Of a stretch of DNA of 64,000 bases, positions 17,864-28,132 are shown piece after piece. This DNA comes from Candidatus Aenigmatarchaeota archaeon. GTDB lineage: Archaea; Aenigmatarchaeota; Aenigmatarchaeia; QMZP01. The notes beneath the pieces were generated by a model, which was not told the origin of the DNA, ran no database searches, and saw only the letters and a list, made by a program, of their open reading frames with translations. A program made the position numbers and the translations under genes. Numbering within the stretch: the first letter of the stretch is position 1; the number at the start of each line of letters is the position of its first letter. Location of the stretch: the NCBI GenBank assembly GCA_026397335.1, contig JAPLVB010000048.1:136-64135 (forward strand), read 5' to 3'.

Positions 17864-18478
17864 CTAGAACTTAGTTTCCATTCCCTCGCGCAGCTCCTCG
17901 TATTCATGCTCGCGGTGGACATGCTTCAGGTTAAGGAGAAGCTCCCTTTCCTTGAAAAGACGCACAAGCTCAGCCACGCGGTTCTTTATGGCAAGTGTCC
18001 TTGCATTCAGCTTGTCAAGCTGCTCCCTGTCGAAAAGGCTTGTCCCGGGCTTCTCCATTACGAGAAGCTGCTTCTCTATCTCCTCGAGCTCGGAATTCAG
18101 CCTGGGAATCTCTCTCAGGAGCTCCGAGTCGTGGATGACTATCTTCTCAAGAAACTCTTCCGGTATGGTCTCGGGCCATTTCACGTGCTTTATCTTCACC
18201 CCGTCAAGGAATATGTCTATATCGTCGCGTATCTTCTGCAGGTCGGTTGTAAGGCCTTCCTTCTGCTGCTCGTATGAATTCTCAATAATATTGAAAAGGA
18301 TTTTCTTGGATTTCCTGAGCTCATCGTGAACAAGGTCTGTCATCTTCTCGTCTGTGGAAATCATGTAGTGCTTCTCGGAATAGTCATAAGAAGGTATAAG
18401 CTTCTCTATTTCCTTTATCCGCGCCCACATCTTTGTCTTCACTTCCTTCCATCCGGATTCAGCCATAAGTGCCTCCAA
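17864..18478 (-). CDS. Hypothetical coiled-coil protein
   Basis: Charged heptad-like sequence; no motif recognised. Confidence 0.4.
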   Translation of the reverse strand: MEALMAESGWKEVKTKMWARIKEIEKLIPSYDYSEKHYMISTDEKMTDLVHDELRKSKKILFNIIENSYEQQKEGLTTDLQKIRDDIDIFLDGVKIKHVKWPETIPEEFLEKIVIHDSELLREIPRLNSELEEIEKQLLVMEKPGTSLFDREQLDKLNARTLAIKNRVAELVRLFKERELLLNLKHVHREHEYEELREGMETKF

Positions 18479-18481
18479 ACA

Positions 18482-18832
18482 TCATCTCTTACTATCCAAA
18501 TCCCTTTTCAGTTTTAGCATACTGTCTTTCAATTCCGGTATGTCCCTTTGGACAACTTTCCATGTAAGTTCCAAATCAACTCCAAAATACTCGTGTATGA
18601 GGATATCTCTCATACCCGCAATCTCTTTCCATGCAATATCTGGATATTTGTTTTTTATTTCCTTTGGTATATTTTTAACCGCTTCGCCTATAATTTCAAT
18701 TCTTCTTATGACAGCATCCTGTACCTGTTCCGATTCTAAAAAACCATCCTTTGTTATTCCCTTTGTATATTCCTCAATTTTTTCTATGCATTCCAGCATA
18801 TGCTCTATGAAAACTTTCGGATCCTTTTTCAC
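18482..18832 (-). CDS. HEPN-domain protein (DUF86), paralog of the gene at 15012-15350
   Basis: [15 protein letters not shown]; about 50% identity to HEPN copy 1. Confidence 0.8.
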   Translation of the reverse strand: MKKDPKVFIEHMLECIEKIEEYTKGITKDGFLESEQVQDAVIRRIEIIGEAVKNIPKEIKNKYPDIAWKEIAGMRDILIHEYFGVDLELTWKVVQRDIPELKDSMLKLKRDLDSKR

Positions 18833-19116
18833 ATAATCACTTCCTGCTCGCCAAGAATCCTGTCCCTAAGAAGCGGATGCAGAGAATTATATGTAAGCAC
18901 ATCTACCTCCCTCTTCAGAACCCCCTCAAGCGTTATCTTGAGGCCTGCGAGGTCAAGGAGGCTTTTCTCGCCCCTGAACTCCACAAGCAGGTCTATATCG
19001 CTGCCTTTTTTATTCTCCCCTCTTGCGAATGACCCGAATATCGCTGCCCTTTTGACACCATAACGCTTCAGGACTGGAAGGATCTTTTTCCTTATTTCCT
19101 TATTGTCTTTTTTCAT
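18829..19116 (-). CDS. Minimal nucleotidyltransferase, partner of the HEPN protein
   Basis: [20 protein letters not shown]; its stop overlaps the HEPN start by 4 nt. Confidence 0.8.
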   Translation of the reverse strand: MKKDNKEIRKKILPVLKRYGVKRAAIFGSFARGENKKGSDIDLLVEFRGEKSLLDLAGLKITLEGVLKREVDVLTYNSLHPLLRDRILGEQEVIM

Positions 19117-19168
19117 GTTATTACCCCTGGGATTACTTCTATAAATTTGGAATTATGGTTAAAAAGCC

Positions 19169-20461
19169 TTATTCCCCGTATTTGCGCCTGGATTTGTATC
19201 TCATATCCAGCTGGTAGCTTATTTCTGTCTGGTATTCCCCGGCTTCTTTGGCGGCTTTGAATGCGTATTTTTCTTCCTCCATCATTATCTCAGGCATATC
19301 AGGAATTATCAGTTCAAAACTTGTGATACCAAGTTCCGAATCCAGATCTACATCAGAAGGATAACCCAGACTTGTTTTGAAATCCCAAAGAAGCTTCCCC
19401 GTCTCAGCGGAGACACACCGCAGTTTGCAGTCCCATGAGCCGAAATATATCTTCCCGTTCCAGGCACCTGCGCCCATGGCTTCATATTCACTTATTTTTA
19501 CTTTCCAGAGCAGCCTCCCGTCAAGCCTTAGGGCATAGAAATTCTTGTCGCAGGCGCCGAAGTATACATTTCTGCCATAAACAACAGGGCAGGCATAGAG
19601 TATGTTCCCTGTCTGGAACTTCCATAACAGCCGGCCAACCTTGGAGACAGCATAGAAGTTCTGGTCATATGAGCCGAAGTAGATGACGCCTTCATGCACA
19701 GACGGAGTAGATATCACTGCGCCTCCTGTCCTGAATTTCCAAAGAAGCTCCCCATCATGGGAAAGCGCATAAAGGTGGTGGTCCCTGCTACCGAAATAGA
19801 TGCCGTCCCTATCGATTGCTATGCCCCAGTTTATCTCATCTGAAGCGGTGAACTTCCACAGAAGTCCGCCCTGCAAGTTCAGGGCGTAGAGGTTATGGTC
19901 CCATGAACCAAAGAATATGTTGTTATTATAAACGGCCGGGGTCATTATCGAAGCTTTTGCGTAAAATCTCCATAGCTCTCTTCCAGTCATTGCATCCAAC
20001 GCATAGAATATGCCATTCTTTGAGCCAAAATAGAGCACGCCTTTATGGGCAATCTGGCAAAATAATTTGCTTCCTGTTTCAAATCTCCACATTTCTTTCC
20101 CGTCTTTGGTAGACACGGCGTACATTATGCCGTCAAATCCCCCGAAATATACAATACCATTTTCTAATGCGGCCTTGTCACCTGCCAGTGGTCCGTTTGT
20201 CTTGAACCTCCATATCTCCTCTCCGGTTTCCGAATCCACTGCATAGAATTTGTGGTCGCATGCCCCAAAATAGGCTATCCCTTCATGAATAAGCACCCTG
20301 CAATCAATGCTGCCGCCTGTGCGTGTGCCCCAGAACACATCCCTGTCAGACTTCTTCAGAGTGGACCATTGCGCAACCTCTTCAATCTCGCCGAATGTTT
20401 TCCTGTCTATCCTGAATGTCGGCGTGGTCCCAGAAAGGTTGGCTGTTTCCAGATACCTCAT
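19169..20461 (-). CDS. PQQ-like beta-propeller repeat protein
   Basis: About 8 repeats of the YFGSxDxxLYALdxxtGxxlWkF type. Confidence 0.75.
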   Translation of the reverse strand: MRYLETANLSGTTPTFRIDRKTFGEIEEVAQWSTLKKSDRDVFWGTRTGGSIDCRVLIHEGIAYFGACDHKFYAVDSETGEEIWRFKTNGPLAGDKAALENGIVYFGGFDGIMYAVSTKDGKEMWRFETGSKLFCQIAHKGVLYFGSKNGIFYALDAMTGRELWRFYAKASIMTPAVYNNNIFFGSWDHNLYALNLQGGLLWKFTASDEINWGIAIDRDGIYFGSRDHHLYALSHDGELLWKFRTGGAVISTPSVHEGVIYFGSYDQNFYAVSKVGRLLWKFQTGNILYACPVVYGRNVYFGACDKNFYALRLDGRLLWKVKISEYEAMGAGAWNGKIYFGSWDCKLRCVSAETGKLLWDFKTSLGYPSDVDLDSELGITSFELIIPDMPEIMMEEEKYAFKAAKEAGEYQTEISYQLDMRYKSRRKYGE

Positions 20462-20776
20462 ACTAATTATATGGCATCCAAAGGTAAAAAAGCCTTTTGC
20501 CGAATCCCTGTGGAAAGGCTTTTATCCCTTAGGAACACACTGTTGCCATGGACAAGAGGCATTCCTGCAGGACGCTTCTCAGGGACAGGTATCTCACGAT
20601 ATTCGAGGAGAGCCTCTATCCCGTCAAGTATTGCCCTGCGTGCGGAGTCTATGTCTATTCTGATGAGAAATCGGGCCAGAGGACAGTGGGCATGGAAACC
20701 AAGGACCCTCAAGTCGTGATGACGTATCTGGAGAGCCATATAATTGAGAATATGGAGAATCTGCCGCTTTCCTGAA

Positions 20777-22824
20777 TCAGATGAAAAGCGGCGCCAGAAC
20801 CAGTGTTATTGTGGCTAACAGCTTGATGAGAACATGAAGGCTGGGGCCTGCCGTGTCCTTCAGCGGGTCTCCAAAAGTGTCTCCGACCACAGCCGCCTTG
20901 TGCGCTTCCGAGCCTTTCCCTCCCAGGGCTCCTGTCTCTATGTATTTCTTTGCGTTGTCCCATGCGCCGCCGCCATTGTTCATGACAGTGGCGAGGAGGA
21001 CTCCTGATATTGTCCCGACCATAAGAAACGCGGCCACGGCTTCTGCCTTAAGCACAATTCCCACTATCACGGGGAATGCGATTGCAAGAATCCCGGGAAG
21101 AACCATGTTCTTTAGCGCTCCCTTTGTGGTTATGTCCACACACTTCGCGTAATCAGGCTTCTTGGTCCCTTTCATTATTCCCTTGTCCCTGAACTGCCTT
21201 CTGACTTCCTCTATTATGTAGCCTGCTGTCTTGCCTACAGCCCTGATTGCCAATGAGCTGAACAGGAAGACCAGCATTGCACCAAGCATTGCTCCCACGA
21301 AAACAGGCACTTTTGCCAGATCCACCACAGCAAAAGCCTTTCCTGTTATGGATGCTACCTCGCCCATGTAAGCTGAGAACAAAAGGAAGGCTGCTAGAGC
21401 AGCGGAACCGATTGCATATCCCTTTGTGAGGGCTTTTGTGGTATTGCCAACCGCATCAAGCCTGTCCGTGTTCTTCCGGATATCTTTCGGGGCGTTGGAC
21501 ATCTCCACAATACCTCCCGCATTATCTGTTATCGGTCCGAAGGTGTCCATGGCAAGTATGTAGGCAGCTGTGGCAAGCATTCCCATGGTCGCGATGGCTG
21601 TCCCGTAAAGCCCGCCGTTCGGAACCCCGGACATCACGCCAAAGGTGTATGAGAGTATTAAAGAGAAGGATATCACTATTATCGGAAGGGCTGTGTTCTC
21701 AAGCGCGACTGAGAAGCCTGTGATTATATTTGTGGCAGTGCCTGTCTTGGATGCCTCGGCAATGCTCCTGACCGGCCTGTACCTGTATTCTGTGTAGTAT
21801 TGTGTTATGTAAACGAACAGCAGGCTCATGACAAGGCCCACCATGCCCGCATAAAAGAACCATATTGCCTGTTCAGGCTTCCCGAGAAGGCTCATGCTGG
21901 CAAAATAGAACAATATCGCGGCAAGTATGCTCGCAACATAATATCCCCTGTTAAGCGCTTTCATCGGGTCTTCATTCTCCCTCGCCTTCGCAACCAATAT
22001 CCCTATTATCGAGGCTATAAGGCCGAATGACCTCGCAACCAGAGGAAATAGAATCCCTCCCACCCCGAAGACCGGGAACAGTGCAACGCCAAGTATCATG
22101 GCTCCTATGTTCTCTGCTGCTGTGCTTTCGAAAAGGTCCGCGCCTCTCCCTGCGCAGTCCCCGACATTGTCACCCACGAGGTCAGCCACGACAGCAGGGT
22201 TTCTCGGGTCATCTTCTGGGATTCCTGCCTCAAGCTTGCCCACAAGGTCTGCTCCCACATCCGCAGCCTTTGTGTATATTCCACCGCCAAGCTGCGCAAA
22301 CAATGCGACAAATGAAGCGCCAAACGCGTAACCCACAATCATGAACGGGGTCTTTACAGGGTCTGCGCCAAAAATGTAATAAATCCCGGCCACCCCTATG
22401 AGGGAAAGCGCGACAACAAATATACCTGAAACAGCTCCGCCAAGTATGGCCACCCTCATTGCGTGGGCGGCTGACTTCTTTGCGGCTGCAGCTGTCCTGA
22501 GATTCGCCCTTACGGATATGGACATCCCTATTATGCCCGCAAGGGCAGAGCAGAATGCTCCAAGAATGAATGCGCTTGATGTGTGGATTGCGTAATCCCA
22601 CTTGCCGACATAGGAATAAACCCCGAAAATTACCAGCGCTGTCACAACAGCCAGGATTGCTATGGTCCTGTACTGCCTCTTTATGAATGCCTCAGCACCC
22701 TCGCGGATGTGGTCAGCTATCTCCTGCATCTTGGGCGTTCCCTTGTCCTGCTTGAGCACGTACCACGCGAAAAAGAGCGCAACGAGTATAGAGAAAATTG
22801 CTATGCCAAATACAATTTCTAACA
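20777..22824 (-). CDS. hppA: Membrane-bound proton/sodium-translocating pyrophosphatase (V-PPase)
   Basis: GGGIYTKAADVGADLVGK and DNVGDCAGRGADLFES signatures. Start set at MLEIVFG (22824) because a repeat hairpin occupies 22856-22874. Confidence 0.9.
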
Positions 22825-22855
22825 TGTTTGCACCGCTCAAAATTTCTTTTTGCTC

Positions 22856-22874
22856 GAAGGCGTGAAACACCTTC
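22856..22874. repeat. Repeat copy R8: GAAGGCG-TGAAA-CACCTTC (loop as in R4; one C.A / G.U position)
   Basis: Seen directly; lies 31 nt upstream of the V-PPase ATG on the minus strand. Confidence 0.7.
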
Positions 22875-23077
22875 TTTCCAAGCTTTGGGTTAAAATTGGA
22901 GGTTAGGCTTATAAAAGTTACGGCAGGGGACGGATTCTTAAACAGATTTCTTCCTTGCGTTCCAGTAGACAAAGCTCCCCAGAATTAGAATCATGAGTAA
23001 AGAGAGCCCGTAAAATACAGGTGGGTTCGCAATGAGCATCCCCACAAGGTCTGTTTCTCCTGCCATGGGAATCACAA

Positions 23078-23275
23078 TTACAGATATTCATTTACTTTTC
23101 TTTTTATCCATTCTTGCTGCCACACATACCTACCTTTTGTGTATTTTTTGATTTCTGCAGGTTCTCCGTTGCGGATATTGTCTTTTATATTAATCGCGCA
23201 CATCAAATCCATAAAACTGTACTCTTCAGGATGTTTTCCCCTCTGCAATTCAGCTTTTGCTGCTAATAAGTTCAT
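23078..23275 (-). CDS. Hypothetical 65-aa protein
   Basis: ORF only. Confidence 0.3.
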   Translation of the reverse strand: MNLLAAKAELQRGKHPEEYSFMDLMCAINIKDNIRNGEPAEIKKYTKGRYVWQQEWIKRKVNEYL

Positions 23276-23324
23276 GATATCACAACTTTTTATTGAAAAT
23301 AAGATTTATTAAAGGTGCGGTTGC

Positions 23325-24584
23325 CTATCTCTCCAATATGAAATACTTCCTGTGCTTCTCCACTTCCGGAATCTCTGCCAGCATCATCTCGCTTGATTTG
23401 CCCACTCCCATAACCGTGAGTTCCTGCATTTTTTTCAGGGCACGCTCGAGCTTGTAATCCTTCTCAGCGAAAATCTCGAACATGGTCTCTCCCTTCTTCA
23501 CGTGGTCCCCGGATTTTTTGTGGAACAGTATGCCTGCACCCTTATCCTTCGGGGCTCCCGCTTCCCTTGCGACCTGTATAACTGCGGTGTTGTTTATCCA
23601 GAGCACATGACCGGAGACTTTGGATTTTACCTGGTCAACGATTTTTCCCAGAGGTATATCCTCGGGCTTTATTTTCGGATTACCACCCTGCGCTTCTATA
23701 ATCTGCCTGAACTTCTTCTCAGCCTTCCCTGACGTGATTATGTGCTTGGCCTTCTCATAGCCATTCCTCATTCCCGCAAACTTGAAGAGGACAGCCGCCA
23801 AGTCGCAGACCTTGTCCAGCTGGTCCTGAGGTGTCCTGTGTCCAGAAAGAATCTGCAAGGCCTCCCTTGCTTCCAGAGCAGGCCCTACCCCGTAGCCTAC
23901 AGGCTGCTCACCAAATGTGGACAAACATTCAACCTTTATCCCGAGCTTCTTTCCGAGCTCTATGAATTGGTTCCCAAGCTCTTTCGCTTCGCCTATTGTC
24001 CTTATCTTCACTCCCTTTCCTGTTGGTATGTCTATCACGAGATATTTTGAGCCCATGGCCTTCTTCTTTGACATCACGGAAGGAAGGAGCATCGGGTCTA
24101 TGGAAAGAGGGTGCTCTATCTCTATGAATATGTCATCCGCCGGGGCGAGGTCAAGCGCGCCTCCCCACACCAGGCATGCATTAGTCTTCTTCACGACCTT
24201 CTTTATTTCTTCCAGCGTCAGACTCACGGGGCAGATGCACTCCATCTTGTCAGCTGTTCCTGCGGGAGCAGTTATCGCGCGGGATGAGGTTTTTGGGATA
24301 GTCAGGCCCGCTGCGGCGACTGTTGGAACAAGAATCATGGAAGTCTTGTCTCCCGGAATTCCCCCAATGCCGCACAGTCTCTCTTCCACGCAGCCGTAAA
24401 GCCCTATCTGTCCGGGCTGGATAAACCTTTCGGTTATGTTAACGATTGCGATTTCCCTTTTCCTGTTGTATGAAAGCTCCACCCTGTCCAGCGCCTTGAC
24501 ATCCAGCTCGTCTGCATCCTCCCTGTTGAGAATGACTATGGGCTTTTTGGCTTCCACATAAAGGGGCTTTGCTTTCAGCAGCAT
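23325..24584 (-). CDS. Thymidine phosphorylase family protein (probable archaeal AMP phosphorylase)
   Basis: TSSRAITAPAGTADKME and GDKTSMILVPTVAAAGL match the TP/AMPpase core. Confidence 0.7.
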   Translation of the reverse strand: MLLKAKPLYVEAKKPIVILNREDADELDVKALDRVELSYNRKREIAIVNITERFIQPGQIGLYGCVEERLCGIGGIPGDKTSMILVPTVAAAGLTIPKTSSRAITAPAGTADKMECICPVSLTLEEIKKVVKKTNACLVWGGALDLAPADDIFIEIEHPLSIDPMLLPSVMSKKKAMGSKYLVIDIPTGKGVKIRTIGEAKELGNQFIELGKKLGIKVECLSTFGEQPVGYGVGPALEAREALQILSGHRTPQDQLDKVCDLAAVLFKFAGMRNGYEKAKHIITSGKAEKKFRQIIEAQGGNPKIKPEDIPLGKIVDQVKSKVSGHVLWINNTAVIQVAREAGAPKDKGAGILFHKKSGDHVKKGETMFEIFAEKDYKLERALKKMQELTVMGVGKSSEMMLAEIPEVEKHRKYFILER

Positions 24585-24661
24585 TTTTTCACGGCTCGCT
24601 TGTATAATTAATTTGTAATATTATATGGGTTAGGCCTAATTTAAAGGTTCGAAAATGGAAA

Positions 24662-24682
24662 GAAGTCGGCTCTGCCGGCTTC
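24662..24682. repeat. Repeat copy R9: GAAGTCGGC-TCT-GCCGGCTTC followed by aatcgaaattcg
   Basis: Seen directly; one U.G position. Confidence 0.7.
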
Positions 24683-24822
24683 AATCGAAATTCGTAACCG
24701 ATAGGAGTCAGCCATGAAAATATGTTTTTGTGTAACCGACAAGGAGTTAAATCACATCAAAAACCAGTATGGGCCAAAACATTTATATACCCTTGTGCTA
24801 TAATTATATTAAATAAATTTTT

Positions 24823-24894
24823 AGCGACTGAGCGATTGAAGTCGGCTTCGCCGACTTCGGTCTAAATTCCGGATTCAACAGTCGCTTCAATCGA
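24823..24894. repeat. Nested repeat copy R10: outer AGCGACTG/CAGTCGCT and CGATTGAAG/CTTCAATCG arms enclosing GAAGTCGGC-TTC-GCCGACTTC
   Basis: Seen directly; the outer arms are perfect reverse complements. Confidence 0.8.
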
Positions 24895-24903
24895 AAAAAG
24901 TGA

Positions 24904-24957
24904 GAAGGCGAACGAAAGAAAGAAGGTGCACAGCACCTTCAATCGAGAATCGCCTTC
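24904..24957. repeat. Nested repeat copy R11: outer GAAGGCG...CGCCTTC enclosing GAAGGTGC-ACA-GCACCTTC, with aatcg following both
   Basis: Seen directly; ends 22 nt upstream of the MC1 ATG. Confidence 0.8.
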
Positions 24958-24979
24958 AATCTAAACGCGAGGTGTAAAA

Positions 24980-25288
24980 ATGGCGAAAAAGAGAAGGGCT
25001 TCCTCAAAGAAGTACTACGTTCTCAAAAGCGGAAGGAAAGTCTCAATCTTCACAGGAAGACAGCCAAGGCAGGCTGCTTTGAAGGCAGCAACCAGGGGAT
25101 TCACAGACATAAGATTGAGGGAAAGAGGACGCAAGAACAAAGACAGGACATATACAGTCCATGTTTTCCAGGGATCAAGGAAGAAGGTCAGCCTTCCAGC
25201 ATCAAGCAAGGTTGACTGGCTGCCAGCACAGGTCTGGAAACCGACTGTGAAGAAAGTCCGAGTTGAAAGACTGAAAACAATAAGATAA
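24980..25288 (+). CDS. Chromosomal protein MC1 family
   Basis: FTGRQPRQAALKAATRG...IRLRERG...VHVF aligns closely with the Methanosarcina MC1 core (FTGKQPRQAALKAANRG...IRLRERGTKKVHVF). Confidence 0.85.
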   Translation: MAKKRRASSKKYYVLKSGRKVSIFTGRQPRQAALKAATRGFTDIRLRERGRKNKDRTYTVHVFQGSRKKVSLPASSKVDWLPAQVWKPTVKKVRVERLKTIR

Positions 25289-25359
25289 ATAATTCAGATT
25301 CAGGGAGTCACACCCATTTTAACCTCTCCCTTTTTATTTTTATTTCTACAGAATTTCTT

Positions 25360-25704
25360 ATGGACATCAAATCTTTCTATAAGCAAGAAATGACAAGGTT
25401 AAAGGAAAATCTGAAAGAAGCTCCGGGATTGGAGGATTATTTTCTTTTGGTGTACGAAAATAAAAAGGAAGGAAGATTCATAACAAGAATATGCCCTGAG
25501 CAGCCCGACCTTATTCATAATATGTTTGAAGAGGTTAACCATTTCCTTCCTATTCATGGAAGCTTAAATTATATATGCTGCTGGCGGACTATTGGAGAAG
25601 AAATTCCTGAGGAAATAGAAATCGAAACTTATACGCGGTTATCGCAATCTGAAATTCTAGAGGAATTAAATAAAATTATGAAATCAATGAAAAGATTTGT
25701 CTAA
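25360..25704 (+). CDS. Hypothetical protein
   Basis: ORF only. Confidence 0.35.
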   Translation: MDIKSFYKQEMTRLKENLKEAPGLEDYFLLVYENKKEGRFITRICPEQPDLIHNMFEEVNHFLPIHGSLNYICCWRTIGEEIPEEIEIETYTRLSQSEILEELNKIMKSMKRFV

Positions 25705-25709
25705 TCCAT

Positions 25710-26573
25710 TTATACGAAAATCCAAAGCAAACTCCCGACAAAAAGAGTCACATAAAGATTGATAATGAAAACCGGGGCGAACCTCACTCCCTCCTTTATC
25801 CACATGCTTCCTCCCTTCCTTCTGAGTTTCTCTATATCCTTCTTTGTCAAGCCTTTCCATTTGTCTCCTATCAGCACGTCGCCCACGCGCAATTCCTTTA
25901 CTGGAAGTTTCTTCCTGAAAAGGTTCTGCTCCACAAACCTTCCGTAGCGGATGAAAATTATCACAGCAGCAAAAAGCACCGGAATGGAAAGAAGGTTGTA
26001 CATGGAAGAAACAGGGATTCCAAGGGAAATGTTGAGATAGAACACCATTGCCAGACAGAGCGCAGCAAATCCTGCCACAAGAAGGATAATGTTCCTTGAA
26101 TCTTTCTTCAGCTCTTTCGTGAATTTTGCGGAGATTTTCCTGTGCATTATCCCAAGTACAATTGAGTATAGGACAAGATAACAGAATGAGATGAAAAAGA
26201 AGTTGAATAGCATGATTATCGGGAACGGGAACTGCCCGAAAAACTGGAATGGGGGCCCTGCAATCTCAAAAACCGAGTAGGTAGGAAAAAGGAACCCCAT
26301 ACTTCCAAGAAGCCACGCGTCCCCGTCTCCCCACTGCTTCATGAAATAGAGAATCAGCCCGAAGCCAAGGAACAGGAGGCCAACTATTGCACAAGAGAAA
26401 AGAATCCACCAGTCCCCAAGCAGGTAGGAGAATACTCCGCGAACAGCAATGGCAGAGATTATTATGCAGTAGGGAAGCCAGTCAGGAAACTCCGTTGTCT
26501 TGATATCCCAGTATGCACCAAGCCCAAAACCCGCAGTCCCTATGGCCAGAAGTATCCACTCGTAAACAAGCAT
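25710..26573 (-). CDS. A24-family aspartic peptidase (archaeal prepilin/preflagellin peptidase, PibD/FlaK-like) with a C-terminal extension
   Basis: Polytopic membrane protein with GAYWDIKTTEFP (first catalytic Asp region) and WGDGDAWLLG (GxGD-type second Asp motif). Confidence 0.55.
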   Translation of the reverse strand: MLVYEWILLAIGTAGFGLGAYWDIKTTEFPDWLPYCIIISAIAVRGVFSYLLGDWWILFSCAIVGLLFLGFGLILYFMKQWGDGDAWLLGSMGFLFPTYSVFEIAGPPFQFFGQFPFPIIMLFNFFFISFCYLVLYSIVLGIMHRKISAKFTKELKKDSRNIILLVAGFAALCLAMVFYLNISLGIPVSSMYNLLSIPVLFAAVIIFIRYGRFVEQNLFRKKLPVKELRVGDVLIGDKWKGLTKKDIEKLRRKGGSMWIKEGVRFAPVFIINLYVTLFVGSLLWIFV

Positions 26574-26612
26574 GATAATAATGGGTTGTGTGGTTTATAT
26601 TGGATACGCTTA

Positions 26613-26978
26613 TTATGTCTTTTTATCCACCTTCGAAATCATCCTGCTCAGCTTAAACGGCAGGTAAAACATCCCGCCGTATAAGAAAGGGAACAGGAAG
26701 ATGCTGATAATGTTTATCGTGCGAAACAGGAAGGCTTCAGCCAGCATACCCACCACAATTCCAAAAACAACAGGGTATGCGATTTTTTTGTCCTTAAAAA
26801 CAAAGTAAGCCACTGAGAATATGAGAGCATACCAACCTAGTATGAGCCAAGGCCATCCGGGTACTTCCAAAAGAAAAGGGCTCCCGAAAAGGAGCCTGGG
26901 GACATTTTCAAAAATCATTGCTGAGAGATAGGCCAGAGCGAGAAAGACAGCAAAATCTTTCAGGCCACCCCTTTTCAT
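26613..26978 (-). CDS. Hypothetical small membrane protein (about 4 TM)
   Basis: Hydrophobic profile only. Confidence 0.4.
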   Translation of the reverse strand: MKRGGLKDFAVFLALAYLSAMIFENVPRLLFGSPFLLEVPGWPWLILGWYALIFSVAYFVFKDKKIAYPVVFGIVVGMLAEAFLFRTINIISIFLFPFLYGGMFYLPFKLSRMISKVDKKT

Positions 26979-27047
26979 AATATCATTTTATGTGTTGTAT
27001 ATACTATTTATTAACCTCAAAAACACTTCACTCATAAGGCGAGGCGT

Positions 27048-27545
27048 ATGATATTATCAGTCCAGACCGAGGGCTTTTCCGCGGATGCGAAGATTTTAGC
27101 CATAGGACTGAAGAGGCAGGCGTTCCTAAGGATTTGGAAGTCCTGGGAATTCGCGGACGAGAGGGAAATGATTTTTGACTTCATGAAGTATTTCCTCAAG
27201 ACAGATGATAAGATAGTTATAGGCTTCAATAACCTCAAGCTGGACATCCCTCTGTTACTCCTCCGCTCTGCAGGCCTTCCAAGCTTTGGAGAATTCTTCA
27301 AGAAGATGAATTATGCAAACGCGGAGGATTTGTTCGTGATACTCACATTCATAAACAGGGGCGTGATAAAGGGCCTTGACTATTACTGCAAGAAGGAAGG
27401 CATAGCCTGCGACTTCTCAGACAGGGAGATTATAAGCGCATACAATTCAAAGGATTATGCGAGATTCCAGGAGCTTTTCAAAAAGAAGCTTGAGGCGATG
27501 GATGCATTGTTCCTGAAGATGTGGGAGAAGGTGACGAAGGGATAA
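27048..27545 (+). CDS. RNase-H-like (DnaQ/PolB-exonuclease-fold) protein; catalytic residues appear degenerate
   Basis: Exo-II-like VIGFNNLKLDIPLL; the Exo-I position reads QTE rather than DxE. Distant paralog of the gene at 28133-28729. Confidence 0.35.
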   Translation: MILSVQTEGFSADAKILAIGLKRQAFLRIWKSWEFADEREMIFDFMKYFLKTDDKIVIGFNNLKLDIPLLLLRSAGLPSFGEFFKKMNYANAEDLFVILTFINRGVIKGLDYYCKKEGIACDFSDREIISAYNSKDYARFQELFKKKLEAMDALFLKMWEKVTKG

Positions 27546-27553
27546 ACAGCAGC

Positions 27554-28078
27554 TTAAATAAAGTCAGATATTTTATGCTTCTTTTCTTCATGCCACAACC
27601 AGCCGAGCAATATTACCGCGTCCAAGGCTTCCGTTATATTTGGCGCGTTCAGATAGCTTATGACATGGATTTTCCAGCTTTGCATGGAGAAAGGAAAAAG
27701 CCACATAACTCCTTCATAGCTGCCTCCTCCAATAAGACAGTCAAGTGATATATGAAGAAGTATAGCAAAGGCTGCAACAAAAAAATAAGCCGATTGCCTA
27801 TGCTTCTTGCTTTTCCAGAGGATTGCCGCGGGTATTAAAAATAGGAAAGCAAAGAAAGGCGTGTGCGTTATTCCTCCATGCTGGAGCAATGCGGGAATAT
27901 TCAAATTGAATAAGCCTGCTGTCATTTCCAAGACAATGTCTATGTCCGGCAACAGCCCGAAAAACCCTGCCAAGAAAATCGTGTAGATAGTGAAGTATTT
28001 TTTATGCTTTGCTACATAGTCTCTATATAAGTCAACCAGGATGATGCTTGACAAAACATGGGTTACGGCTAATGGCAT
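27554..28078 (-). CDS. Membrane-bound metal-dependent hydrolase (YdjM/DUF457-like)
   Basis: THxLxS N-terminus with DIDI, HGGITH and HISLD His/Asp clusters across TM segments. Confidence 0.5.
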   Translation of the reverse strand: MPLAVTHVLSSIILVDLYRDYVAKHKKYFTIYTIFLAGFFGLLPDIDIVLEMTAGLFNLNIPALLQHGGITHTPFFAFLFLIPAAILWKSKKHRQSAYFFVAAFAILLHISLDCLIGGGSYEGVMWLFPFSMQSWKIHVISYLNAPNITEALDAVILLGWLWHEEKKHKISDFI

Positions 28079-28132
28079 ATATAGTATTTAATTCACTGAA
28101 GAATAATAAGAACCTTTGCCAAAGGTGCACTT

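Noticed and set aside
20853-22865. Multiple 65-123-aa ORFs on both strands inside the V-PPase gene
   Set aside because: All overlap the hppA coding region; Pro/Arg/Ala-rich translations are typical of GC-rich antisense frames.
22825-22972. N-terminal 49-codon extension of the V-PPase ORF (MSTGTQGRNLFKNPSPAV...)
   Set aside because: The extension contains the R8 repeat hairpin and is not hydrophobic. The conserved start MLEIVFG at 22824 fits V-PPase N-termini better.
22935-23066. 43-codon minus-strand ORF MAGETDLVGMLIANPPVFYGLSLLMILILGSFVYWNARKKSV upstream of hppA
   Set aside because: A plausible small membrane peptide, but too short to support without expression or conservation data; noted only.
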